A DNA stretch of 30,087 nucleotides from Lachnospiraceae bacterium (GCA_017477805.1 JAFUUM010000001.1:1-30087); one strand, 5' to 3'. Counted from the stretch's first letter, positions 1 through 7,948 are shown. Numbers and translations are program-made. The notes: generated from the letters alone by a model not told the origin.

Positions 1-1027
1 ACATTCTGCAAACGTACCAGTCATCGAAATGGGTATCCACCGTCAGCATGGTATAGCAGAAGGGCTCCTGCATGGTAAGGAGTTCGTACTTTGCCAGGTT
101 GAAGAGGATTTCATCTTCGTAGCCCCACCAGACGTAATAATCCTCCGGGATCAGCCCGTTTTCCAGGGCGTACACGTAGTCATGGATCTCATAATTGCCG
201 TGTCCTCTGTAATACCCTTCCCGACCTCCGAACTTGATATCGCTTCCTAGGAGAAGTCTTCGGTTATAGCCTTCCTTTTGCAGGATGTCTCCCAGCGTGG
301 TAAGACCCGGGAACAGAGAAGATCCGTTTTCGAAATCCGTACGAATGGGCAGCTTAAGAGGCATACCGGAGCTTTGTGCAAACATAGCTCCGGTGGTCCA
401 GTCTGTTCCAGAAAGGACATATCCTCCGTTCAGCTTCGGATCCGCGCCGGAAAAGTCCTCGTTCTCTTCCGCCAGTTTTGTCAGGTTGGGAAGACAGTTC
501 TGTGCAAAGGCTCCACCGTTTTCCGTATCCGCGTAGGTAATCTCCGCAGATTCCAGAAAGATGTAGATGAGGTTTCGTTTCTTCTCAGGGAACTTTAGAT
601 CCTGTTGGCCGGCATCCACATATTCCTGTTCAAAGAAGTCATCGCTGTTTTTCCCAAGCCCCAGGATTTCATAGGCTACCGTTTCCGGAAGGCCGGTCTG
701 TACCTGCAGGTCGTAGACAATAAATCCAAGCATAAGGAAAAAGGCTGCTACAGAACCGATCATTAATCCCTTTTTGAGCCGGTTGCTGTGAGACAGGATA
801 TATACGGCCGTAAGTACCGCAAGGATCAGGAAGCCGGGCAGAAGGAACTGCAGGATCAGTTTCCAAATGATCTCGGTATTAGTACCCGTAAGGGGTGCTT
901 TGATATGGTATATGATCTCATCGGCTCCAAGGCTCCCCCAGGATGTAATCAGCCATCGCTCCGTTAAAAACAAAAGAAGGGCTCCCGCAAGGAGAATGAG
1001 CCATACGCATTTCAAAAATCGTTTCAT
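1..1027 (-). CDS. Phosphoglycerol transferase (MdoB/OpgB-like, LTA synthase/sulfatase superfamily), 5' part only; continues beyond left edge; paralogue of 11780-13558
   Basis: Not in the ORF track because it has no stop in the window. Hand translation from ATG at 1027 is open to the edge: MKRFLKCVWLILLAGALLLFLTERWLITSWGSLGADEIIYHIKAPLTG...NLIYIFLESAE...GTDWTTGAMFAQSSG...DTHFDDWYVCRM. Colinear without gaps with the 11780-13558 protein. Confidence 0.92.
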   Translation of the reverse strand, partial: MKRFLKCVWLILLAGALLLFLTERWLITSWGSLGADEIIYHIKAPLTGTNTEIIWKLILQFLLPGFLILAVLTAVYILSHSNRLKKGLMIGSVAAFFLMLGFIVYDLQVQTGLPETVAYEILGLGKNSDDFFEQEYVDAGQQDLKFPEKKRNLIYIFLESAEITYADTENGGAFAQNCLPNLTKLAEENEDFSGADPKLNGGYVLSGTDWTTGAMFAQSSGMPLKLPIRTDFENGSSLFPGLTTLGDILQKEGYNRRLLLGSDIKFGGREGYYRGHGNYEIHDYVYALENGLIPEDYYVWWGYEDEILFNLAKYELLTMQEPFCYTMLTVDTHFDDWYVCRM

Positions 1028-1334
1028 TTAATTTCGTTCTTACTTTCTTTCTGAACGTTTTTATTGCTCGTATTATGTTACTTTAAGAAATCTGCGATAC
1101 ATTCGCGGCCATAGCTCCCACGTAGCGGTTGCTGTCGTTGTAATCAGCGAAATCACAAATTTGTGGCACATTCAACAAGTAAAATCCCACAAAAATTGAC
1201 TTTTCTTTCAGGAGTAATCCATGGCTTGTATTTTTTACCTTCAGGGATATCCGCGCTTCGTTCACAGGCATGATCTTTTCCATCTGGGTGAACACCTTAC
1301 AATCAGCGGAAAGAGAATGCATTTACCCACTTTT

Positions 1335-1363
1335 ATAATAAACCATTTCGCTGAATTATTCCA
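1335..1363 (-). promoter_or_regulatory. Putative sigma70 promoter (TGGAAT-17-TATTAT) pointing to the phosphoglycerol transferase paralogue
   Basis: -35 at 1358-1363 and -10 at 1335-1340, 17-bp spacer. The same geometry recurs at 7575-7603. The -35 match is weak. Confidence 0.4.
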
Positions 1364-1520
1364 TTTGGGACCTAGCGCGAAATCGTGCAAGGCCCCATAT
1401 CTGCTTTGTAACTAAAAATCTGCCCTCGGATAGCAATCATCCCTGCACAGCACAGCATTATGCGGCTTTGGGGTAGATTGATATCCGGGAGCAGATATAA
1501 TTGTCGGAGCAGGTATGGAT
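1353..1520. repeat. Structured intergenic element, copy A (nested palindrome plus conserved GAATTATTCCATTT)
   Basis: Stems 1395-1405/1508-1518, 1418-1432/1482-1496 and 1434-1443/1470-1480, plus small hairpin 1375-1388. Homologous to 7593-7764. Confidence 0.85.
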
Positions 1521-1558
1521 TCATTGCCCTATTCGCATATTGAAACCTATATTATATT

Positions 1559-2095
1559 TTACTTTAACAGTTCTGCCAGACAATGTTCATCTTTCGAATG
1601 AGCTTTTCCATGAACTCTCTGATATTCCTTAATAGAATTTACCAACATATCAATATCAGCGCCAAAATAATCTTGATAGAATTGCGTACTGTTATCGTAC
1701 ATCTTCTTTCCAAGCCTTACCCTGGCTTTTGCGAACTGTTTAGGCTTCACACTCCCTTTTACCTTTTCGTATTCCTTTTCTAGTCCTTCTGCAATAATAA
1801 GAAGCATTTCCAACTCGGGTTTTGTACAGTATATTCGCTGTTCAACTATCTTGTCTTTATATTCAATTGGGATTGTCAGTTTATCGCTCTGCTTATCTCC
1901 TATCCGAATGACGGTTACTTCACCAGGATATGTATTAAGAGCAATCCTCACCTGTGGATTGCTAACAATCTGACGCGCATGAAATGAATTAAGATCTAAT
2001 AAGTCATCTTCCGTGAACTGCAAACAATCATTTTCCAGAAGGAGATCAATAATCTTCTTTTCATTTGCTCCTTCGCACATGATCAATAGTTTCAT
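1559..2095 (-). CDS. RloB/TOPRIM-like protein, putative effector of a two-gene defence system
   Basis: 178 aa. N-terminal LLIMCEGANE resembles the TOPRIM/RloB hhhhEG..E motif, and TKPELEMLLII resembles the RloB P.FE.WLLLH motif. ATGA overlap with the upstream ATPase stop. AT-rich (23/60 GC on line 1561). Confidence 0.6.
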   Translation of the reverse strand: MKLLIMCEGANEKKIIDLLLENDCLQFTEDDLLDLNSFHARQIVSNPQVRIALNTYPGEVTVIRIGDKQSDKLTIPIEYKDKIVEQRIYCTKPELEMLLIIAEGLEKEYEKVKGSVKPKQFAKARVRLGKKMYDNSTQFYQDYFGADIDMLVNSIKEYQRVHGKAHSKDEHCLAELLK

Positions 2096-3207
2096 TTTTT
2101 CAGTTCCTTCTTTAATTCCATCAGAGCATCATAATTCACTGCAGTCTTGAAGACATTATTGTAAAACAGCTTACTTTTAAGTAATTCTGTCCGAACATCA
2201 AAGTCCGTATACATGTTTTTGATCCTGACTTTCTCATCGGCCACTGTAATGAAGATATTATCCTGACGATTAAACAAGTCCAGCAGTTCACAGTAATGTG
2301 TTGCAAATATGAGGGTGGCGTTCTTTTTGTTGATAGTCTTATCCTTATACATGCTGATGATGTTTTCTACCAACGTTTTATGGAAATGATTCTCGATCTC
2401 GTCTATGATCAGATCGAATCCATTCTGCAGTGAAAGAACAACCACCATATAGAGGGCAATGCCTTTTGTCGTTCCGCTTGAAAGGCGGAAGTACAATTCT
2501 ACGCCAGAAAGTATTTCTTCCTTCCCACCGGCCACTAACCGATAGTTCGTCTCGTCGATCATTTCCAGTTTGGTAATACTCTCATCGAATATTTTAACTA
2601 TTTTTGTGATCACATCTTCAGGAAGCCCAAACGTCCGGTGTGCCTGGAACGCAGTCCTATATGCATCTGCGCCAATATCCATGCTGCTATAAAACCATGC
2701 AGGAAACTGCAGTTTCTTCAATACAAAAAACAGGTTAGAAGTATCCTCCGGTAGTTCTCCTTCGAACCGAACAAGCTCCGAACCATCAAAATCAAAAATT
2801 GCATTGATACCGGTTTTATAATATTTCTTTCCCAACAGTTCCTGATCATCAAAGTTAATGTGACCAGTCAAACCTTCTTCAATCAATCCGGTACTGTAAC
2901 GATAGATATAGCCTTCATGGTAAAAAAACATTGTTATATGAACACCATTCAGCCTAAAGCTTTTCGGGCTAACTCGGAAGTCATTCAAAATATCATAGCA
3001 AAGTTCCAGCACTTCCAATGCAGATGTTTTTCCGGAAGCATTTTTACCCACCACGGCCATTGTTGAAAAAACATAAAGGCCTTCAGCAATTTCCTGAAGT
3101 TCATACTCCTTATCTTCTGCGGTTTTGCGAGCAACGGGGACAAAGTTGATCTCAAAGTTATTGGCACAGTTCTTGAAATTGGTTGCGATTACTTTCAATA
3201 TTTTCAT
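2092..3207 (-). CDS. ABC-type ATPase (AAA_21/RloA/AbiLi-like), soluble
   Basis: 371 aa. Walker A GKNASGKT, signature LSSGT, Walker B LIIDEIE, H-switch FATH. No TM segments or permease neighbour. SD AAAGGGAG. Confidence 0.85.
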   Translation of the reverse strand: MKILKVIATNFKNCANNFEINFVPVARKTAEDKEYELQEIAEGLYVFSTMAVVGKNASGKTSALEVLELCYDILNDFRVSPKSFRLNGVHITMFFYHEGYIYRYSTGLIEEGLTGHINFDDQELLGKKYYKTGINAIFDFDGSELVRFEGELPEDTSNLFFVLKKLQFPAWFYSSMDIGADAYRTAFQAHRTFGLPEDVITKIVKIFDESITKLEMIDETNYRLVAGGKEEILSGVELYFRLSSGTTKGIALYMVVVLSLQNGFDLIIDEIENHFHKTLVENIISMYKDKTINKKNATLIFATHYCELLDLFNRQDNIFITVADEKVRIKNMYTDFDVRTELLKSKLFYNNVFKTAVNYDALMELKKELKK

Positions 3208-3230
3208 GATAAATACTCCCTTTCGCCATA

Positions 3231-3280
3231 ATTATACATCATGGATGAAATTCAAACAATATTTTTGTTCGAATTTCATC
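3231..3280 (-). promoter_or_regulatory. Promoter of the ATPase operon (TTGTTT-17-TATAAT) overlapped by a 16-bp inverted repeat
   Basis: -10 at 3231-3236 and -35 at 3254-3259. IR GATGAAATTCAAACAA (3244-3259) / TTGTTCGAATTTCATC (3265-3280), one mismatch. Confidence 0.55.
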
Positions 3281-3411
3281 ATCGACCATTTGACGATAAT
3301 TCAATGATTTACCATAGTCGACTGTCTAATTCCTTTTATGGTCTCATATATACAGATTCTGTTCCAATACAAACTCACATTATTTGTAAAAAAACAGTGT
3401 ATAAGAAGCAA

Positions 3412-3444
3412 AAACTCACTAATTTTTCAAAAATTAGTGAGTTT
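3412..3444 (-). terminator. Intrinsic terminator after wecB
   Basis: Perfect 15-bp IR AAACTCACTAATTTT/AAAATTAGTGAGTTT ending in a T-run on the minus strand, just downstream of the wecB stop. Confidence 0.8.
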
Positions 3445-3477
3445 CATTGTCTGAAAATATAATTTCCAGGGCTCTTC

Positions 3478-4593
3478 TTACGGTTTCCACGGCACGTACT
3501 CTTTTCCTTCCAGGATATCCGCAATACGTTCACAGGCATGGCCGTCTCCATAGGGATTGCAGGCCTTGCTCATCTTGTCGTATTCTTCGTTGCTTTCCAG
3601 AAGGAGTTTGAAGGCGCTGTAGATGGTTTCTTCATCGGTACCAACAAGTTTCAGGGTACCTGCCTCTACGCCCTCAGGGCGTTCCGTGGTATCCCGCATA
3701 ACGAGAACGGGTACACCGTAGGAAGGGCATTCTTCCTGGATGCCGCCGGAATCGGTAAGGCAGAGGAAAGATCTTGCTTCAAAGTTATGGCAGTCGAAGA
3801 CTTCGATGGGTTCGATGATGTGGATGTGGTCACAATCCCCCAGTTCCTGATCAGCTACTTCCCTTACAGCAGGATTCATGTGGATGGGATAGATAGCCTT
3901 GCAGTTCGGATGTTCATCGAGGACTCGTCTGATGGCCCGGAACATGTGATGCATGGGTTCTCCCAGATTTTCCCGTCTGTGGGCGGTAATGAAGATGAGT
4001 TTGTCCTCTCCAACCCACTCAAGTTCCGGATGAGTATAGTCTTCTTTCACCGTATGCTGCATGGCATCGATGACGGTATTTCCGGTAACAAAGATTGTCT
4101 CGGGGTTTTTGCCCTCCTTTAAGAGGTTATCCCTGGAAAGAGTCGTAGGTGCAAAGTTATACCGGCTGATGATGCTGACAGCTTCGCGGTTAAACTCCTC
4201 CGGATAGGGGGAGTAGATATTGTAGGTCCGAAGACCCGCTTCCACGTGTCCCACCGGGATCTGGAGGTAAAAGCAGGCAAGTGCGGTAACAAATGTCGTG
4301 GAGGTGTCTCCATGGACGAGGACCACATCCGGCTTTGCTTCTTCCAGCACGGCTTTGATGCCGTTTAGGATGTTTGTTGTGATGTCGAAAAGGGTCTGGC
4401 GATCCTTCATGATGTTGAGGTCATAGTCCGGTATGACCCCAAAGGTCTCCAGAACCTGATCCAGCATCTGTCTGTGCTGCGCCGTTACGCAGACGATGAC
4501 TTCCAGGCCTTTTCTTTTTTTCATCTCGAGAACAAGGGGGCAGATCTTGATGGCCTCCGGTCTTGTTCCGAATACACACATAACTCGTTTCAT
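3478..4593 (-). CDS. wecB: UDP-N-acetylglucosamine 2-epimerase (non-hydrolysing)
   Basis: FGTRPEAIK, VLVHGDT, HVEAGLR, PEEFNR, TAHRREN, TDSGGIQEE, NPYGDG motifs. Confidence 0.97.
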   Translation of the reverse strand: MKRVMCVFGTRPEAIKICPLVLEMKKRKGLEVIVCVTAQHRQMLDQVLETFGVIPDYDLNIMKDRQTLFDITTNILNGIKAVLEEAKPDVVLVHGDTSTTFVTALACFYLQIPVGHVEAGLRTYNIYSPYPEEFNREAVSIISRYNFAPTTLSRDNLLKEGKNPETIFVTGNTVIDAMQHTVKEDYTHPELEWVGEDKLIFITAHRRENLGEPMHHMFRAIRRVLDEHPNCKAIYPIHMNPAVREVADQELGDCDHIHIIEPIEVFDCHNFEARSFLCLTDSGGIQEECPSYGVPVLVMRDTTERPEGVEAGTLKLVGTDEETIYSAFKLLLESNEEYDKMSKACNPYGDGHACERIADILEGKEYVPWKP

Positions 4594-4614
4594 AGGATTT
4601 CTCTTCTTATCTTC

Positions 4615-5391
4615 TTATTTCCCCCTGATCACCGCATGCCAGATGAACTTGGTGTTGGTGACAAGGTACCTCGTAAAGAGGCGTTTCGGGTCCTGGAGAA
4701 GGCGGTAGAGCCATTCCAGGTTTGCCTTTTGCATCCACTTGGGGGCGCGTTTGATGTTGCCGGCGTAGTAATCAAAGGCGGCGCCGACCCCCACCATAAG
4801 GGCGTTTACTTTGCCCTGATGGGCTGCCATCCATTTCTCCTGTTTCGGAGCCCCAAGGGCCACCCAGACGTAGTCAGGGGTTGTTTCGTTGATCTTGTCT
4901 GTGATTTCCCGGTCTTCTTCCTCACCGAGCTGCCGAAAGGGCGGGCTCATCATACCGGCGATCCTGATGCCGGGATGATCTTTTTGAAGGCGGTCTTTGA
5001 GTTTATCCAGGGTCTCTTTCGTGGAGCCGTAGAAGAAGTGGCTGTAGCCTTTCTCTTCCGAGATCTTAAGGATCTCCTCCATGTAAGAGGGGCCGGTGGT
5101 GCGGCTCATGTTCTCCGCTCCCCGCTTTCGTCCCACACTGCTTAAAGGGCCGCCGTCAGGGATGGCGAGGATGCCGCCGTTCTGGACGTCGCGGTATTCC
5201 GGATTCTCAAAGGCGGTCACCGTGGTATGGACGTTGGAGACGCAGATGTAGTCGCCCTTTAAGTCCTTGATATGCTTTTCCGTAAACTTAAGGAGCCAGT
5301 CCATATCGATGGCAGCGATCTCCACCCCGAGGATGTTTACCGTCGGGATGGAGGATTTATCGATTGCATGTTTGAATTCAGAGTTTTTCAA
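4615..5391 (-). CDS. WecG/TagA/CpsF family glycosyltransferase (ManNAc transferase-like)
   Basis: IPDGGP, RTTGPSYM, WVALGAPKQEKW, GVGAAFD, RAPKWMQ, LEWLYRL motifs. Adjacent to wecB. Confidence 0.93.
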   Translation of the reverse strand: MKNSEFKHAIDKSSIPTVNILGVEIAAIDMDWLLKFTEKHIKDLKGDYICVSNVHTTVTAFENPEYRDVQNGGILAIPDGGPLSSVGRKRGAENMSRTTGPSYMEEILKISEEKGYSHFFYGSTKETLDKLKDRLQKDHPGIRIAGMMSPPFRQLGEEEDREITDKINETTPDYVWVALGAPKQEKWMAAHQGKVNALMVGVGAAFDYYAGNIKRAPKWMQKANLEWLYRLLQDPKRLFTRYLVTNTKFIWHAVIRGK

Positions 5392-5403
5392 AGGTGTTAT
5401 TCC

Positions 5404-6042
5404 TTACCTTACGATCTTTTCAAAGTCATCTTTCCCATGCTTACAGATGGGGCAGATGAAGTCGTCGGGGAGGTCTTCGCCGACGTATTCGTAGCCGCAG
5501 ATCATGCAGCGCCATACAGTCTCGCCCTTAGGGGTAGTGCCTACTGCCTGAGGCTTGGGTTTGATCTCGCTCTGGTAAAACTCGTAGGTGCAGGAGGATG
5601 CATCGGAAAGTACGGTCATGCAGGTGGGTTCGCAGATAAATAAGGTGTGGGAACCCAGGTCTACTTCCTGCGCTACTTTTAAAGAGAAGTACGCATTGGT
5701 GCCTTCGGTGATATAGGGGATACCATTCTCCGCAGTCTTATAACTTGCTGCCGGGAAGTCTGCGAACTTATCCACGTCTCTTCCGGACTGGAAACCGAAG
5801 CGTTTAAAGAGGTCAAAAGTGGCTTCTTTGCTGATCACGGAGATGTTCATCTCTTTTGTTTCTTTGATCATGTCGTGGGTGAAGTTTGCCTTATTCACCG
5901 CCACGGAGATCCGATTGGGCTCCGATGCCACCTGGATGGCGGTGTTGATGATGCAGCCGTTTTTCTTATCGCCTTTTACCGCCGTGCAAACAAAGAGTCC
6001 GTAAGATAATTTGTACATTGCCTTTGTGTTCATTTCCGCCAT
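5404..6042 (-). CDS. Flavin reductase-rubredoxin fusion (Hrb-like)
   Basis: Flavin-reductase fold (LSYGLF, NGCIINT, FGFQSGRDVDKF, GSHTLF) plus C-terminal CMICG...CPIC. Start moved from 6063 to ATG 6042 because SD AAAGGAG lies at 6054-6060. Confidence 0.9.
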   Translation of the reverse strand: MAEMNTKAMYKLSYGLFVCTAVKGDKKNGCIINTAIQVASEPNRISVAVNKANFTHDMIKETKEMNISVISKEATFDLFKRFGFQSGRDVDKFADFPAASYKTAENGIPYITEGTNAYFSLKVAQEVDLGSHTLFICEPTCMTVLSDASSCTYEFYQSEIKPKPQAVGTTPKGETVWRCMICGYEYVGEDLPDDFICPICKHGKDDFEKIVR

Positions 6043-6079
6043 AGTGACCAGGTCTCCTTTCATCTTCTGCTTTGAGTTG

Positions 6080-7498
6080 TTATTTTGCTCCCTCTCCCGT
6101 GAACATCACTGCGATGGTCTTAAAGAGAAGTTTGATATCGAGTCCGATGCTCCACTGATCGATGTATTCAAGGTCCAGTTTCACGATCTCATCGAAGTTA
6201 TAGATATCGGACCTTCCGCTGACCTGCCAAAGCCCGGTGATGCCGGGGGTAACGGAGAGGCGCCGCTTTTGTTCCGTCTTGTACTGCTCTACTTCTTCCA
6301 CCGTGGGAGGTCTCGTTCCCACAAGGCTCATATCCCCTTTCAGGACGTTCAAAAATTGAGGGAGTTCGTCGATGCTGTGCTTCCGAATGAACTTCCCGAC
6401 TTTGGTGATACGGGGGTCGTTCTCCATCTTGAACATGGCACCCTGCATCTCATTCTGCGCCATGAGTTCCGCTTTCCTTGCATCTGCATCCGCGTACATG
6501 CTTCGGAACTTGTACATCTTAAAGTGTCTGCCGTTTTTTCCTACCCGGGTAGAAGTATAGATGGCAGGGCCCTTGGACTCTAGCTTGATGGCGGGGACGA
6601 CGAAGATCCCAACGATGATGGTAATAAGAAGACCGATGAGTCCGCCCACCAGGTCCATGAGACGTTTGATGACGAGCTGACCCGGTTCGTAAAGGTTACT
6701 GGAATAGGACACCACTTTGAAAAAGCCTAGGTTCTCCAGTCTCTTATTGGTCATGTCCAGTTCCAGGGCATCCACGTTGACGTGGACGATAACGCCCATG
6801 TTCTGGAAGTCGTGGAGCATCCTCCGGACGTCGAAGTTATGCTCATTGCCGTAGCCAATGTTCAGGAAAACATCGTCCAGGGCGATGTTCTTGGTCTCCT
6901 CCAGCATGTCCTCTACGTTGGCAATAACGGGGATCCCCTGTATGGTCTCTCCCTTTGCGTTCCGATCGATGAGGACGATGTAGGCGATCTTGAAGTACCA
7001 GTTGTTGGTGGTCTCGATCTTTTCGAGGATGGAGTCCACCTTATCCGAAGTCGTCACCAGTAAGATCTGCTTGTAGGATCTGCTGCTCTTGTAGTACACG
7101 GCGATAAGGCGTTTCATCAAAAGCCGGCCGAAGTACGAGAGGATGAAGTAGATCGTAAAGAAGTAGATCATCTGCAGTCGGGCGTAATTTGCCGCTTCTT
7201 TTGAAAAGAAGAGGTAGAAGAGCACCACCATGGCGATGCAGAGTTCGCCCTTGACTACAGCAACGAATTCCGCAAAGAGGCCCCGGTCAAAGACCTTGTG
7301 ATCCAGCCGGAAGATCCGGTTCCCCACGAAGTAGGCAATGAGCGCCAGCCCCAGAACCTGGAGGAACAGGCCGTCGTTCTGCTTAAGGTCCATGGTCCCG
7401 AATCGGATGAGACTGGCCAGCAGGAAGGAAACAAGGACTGCTGCCATGTCATAGAGCAGGAACATATAGTGTTTGATCAGGTTTTCTTTTTGAAACAT
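6080..7498 (-). CDS. Priming polyprenyl glycosylphosphotransferase (WcaJ/CpsE-type, long form)
   Basis: N-terminal TM helices; C-terminal KRLMD, YKFRSM, DPRITKVG, SIDELPQ, SLVGTRP, PGITGLWQVSGRS. Confidence 0.95.
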   Translation of the reverse strand: MFQKENLIKHYMFLLYDMAAVLVSFLLASLIRFGTMDLKQNDGLFLQVLGLALIAYFVGNRIFRLDHKVFDRGLFAEFVAVVKGELCIAMVVLFYLFFSKEAANYARLQMIYFFTIYFILSYFGRLLMKRLIAVYYKSSRSYKQILLVTTSDKVDSILEKIETTNNWYFKIAYIVLIDRNAKGETIQGIPVIANVEDMLEETKNIALDDVFLNIGYGNEHNFDVRRMLHDFQNMGVIVHVNVDALELDMTNKRLENLGFFKVVSYSSNLYEPGQLVIKRLMDLVGGLIGLLITIIVGIFVVPAIKLESKGPAIYTSTRVGKNGRHFKMYKFRSMYADADARKAELMAQNEMQGAMFKMENDPRITKVGKFIRKHSIDELPQFLNVLKGDMSLVGTRPPTVEEVEQYKTEQKRRLSVTPGITGLWQVSGRSDIYNFDEIVKLDLEYIDQWSIGLDIKLLFKTIAVMFTGEGAK

Positions 7499-7574
7499 GG
7501 TTTATAATTCCTATCAGATTTTTAGGAAAATCAGGCGCTCCGCCCGCGTAAAACGCGCATGGCCGTCCACTGCT

Positions 7575-7603
7575 ATCATATACTATTTTGGCGAATTATT
7601 CCA
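7575..7603 (-). promoter_or_regulatory. Putative sigma70 promoter (TGGAAT-17-TATGAT) for the priming-transferase sub-operon
   Basis: -35 at 7598-7603 and -10 at 7575-7580, ~75 bp upstream of ATG 7498. Position conserved with copy A. Confidence 0.45.
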
Positions 7604-7764
7604 TTTATAGAGGGCGCAGAAGCGCACAAAGATCCATACCTGCTTGATCACAAAAAATCTGCCCCGGGAGGGCTGTCAACCCTGCGCAGCACCGCCGTCG
7701 TCGGCGGCCCTGGGGTTGACTCCCCTTCTGGGGCAGATATGATTTCTTAGAGCAGGTATGGATC
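7593..7764. repeat. Structured intergenic element, copy B
   Basis: Perfect 14-bp IR GATCCATACCTGCT (7631-7644)/7751-7764 encloses ATCTGCCCC (7657-7665)/7730-7738, GTCAACC (7675-7681)/7714-7720 and apical CCGCCG-TCGT-CGGCGG. Homologous to 1353-1520. Confidence 0.88.
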
Positions 7765-7842
7765 ATTTGCTTTCCATCTGCACTTCTAAATTCAATGGCT
7801 TGCGGAGCAAGGCTTCCTTTCACCGGCATTATTTGCAGCCAA

Positions 7843-7946
7843 CAAGTTACCGGCAAGTTAAAAAATCATACATATTGTGTATTTTGGCTTATTGCACAAC
7901 TATATGTGCTAATATAATGCTTGTTCTGCAAGTTACCAGCAAGTTA
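7843..7946. repeat. Two 18-bp direct repeats CAAGTTACC(G/A)GCAAGTTA
   Basis: 7843-7860 and 7929-7946, one mismatch. Each is a tandem CAAGTTA heptamer at 11-bp pitch. Confidence 0.8.
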
Positions 7947-7948
7947 AA

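Noticed and set aside
1040-1062. AACGTT.AGAAAGA shared between the upstream region of the 1027 gene and the capD-like 3' end
   Set aside because: 13/14 match in A-rich sequence; too short to call a duplication remnant.
1083-1322. 79-aa minus-strand ORF between element A and the transferase paralogue
   Set aside because: No SD, no recognisable motif, and no counterpart next to copy B. More likely leader sequence.
7512-7545. ops-like GGCGGAGCG upstream of 7498 (GCGGAGCGC also at ~9421-9430)
   Set aside because: Short and GC-rich, differs from RfaH ops GGCGGTAG, and no NusG paralogue is in the window.
7631-7764. MITE interpretation of the 14-bp terminal IR
   Set aside because: No target-site duplication, and homology between the copies extends 40-60 nt beyond the IR on one side.
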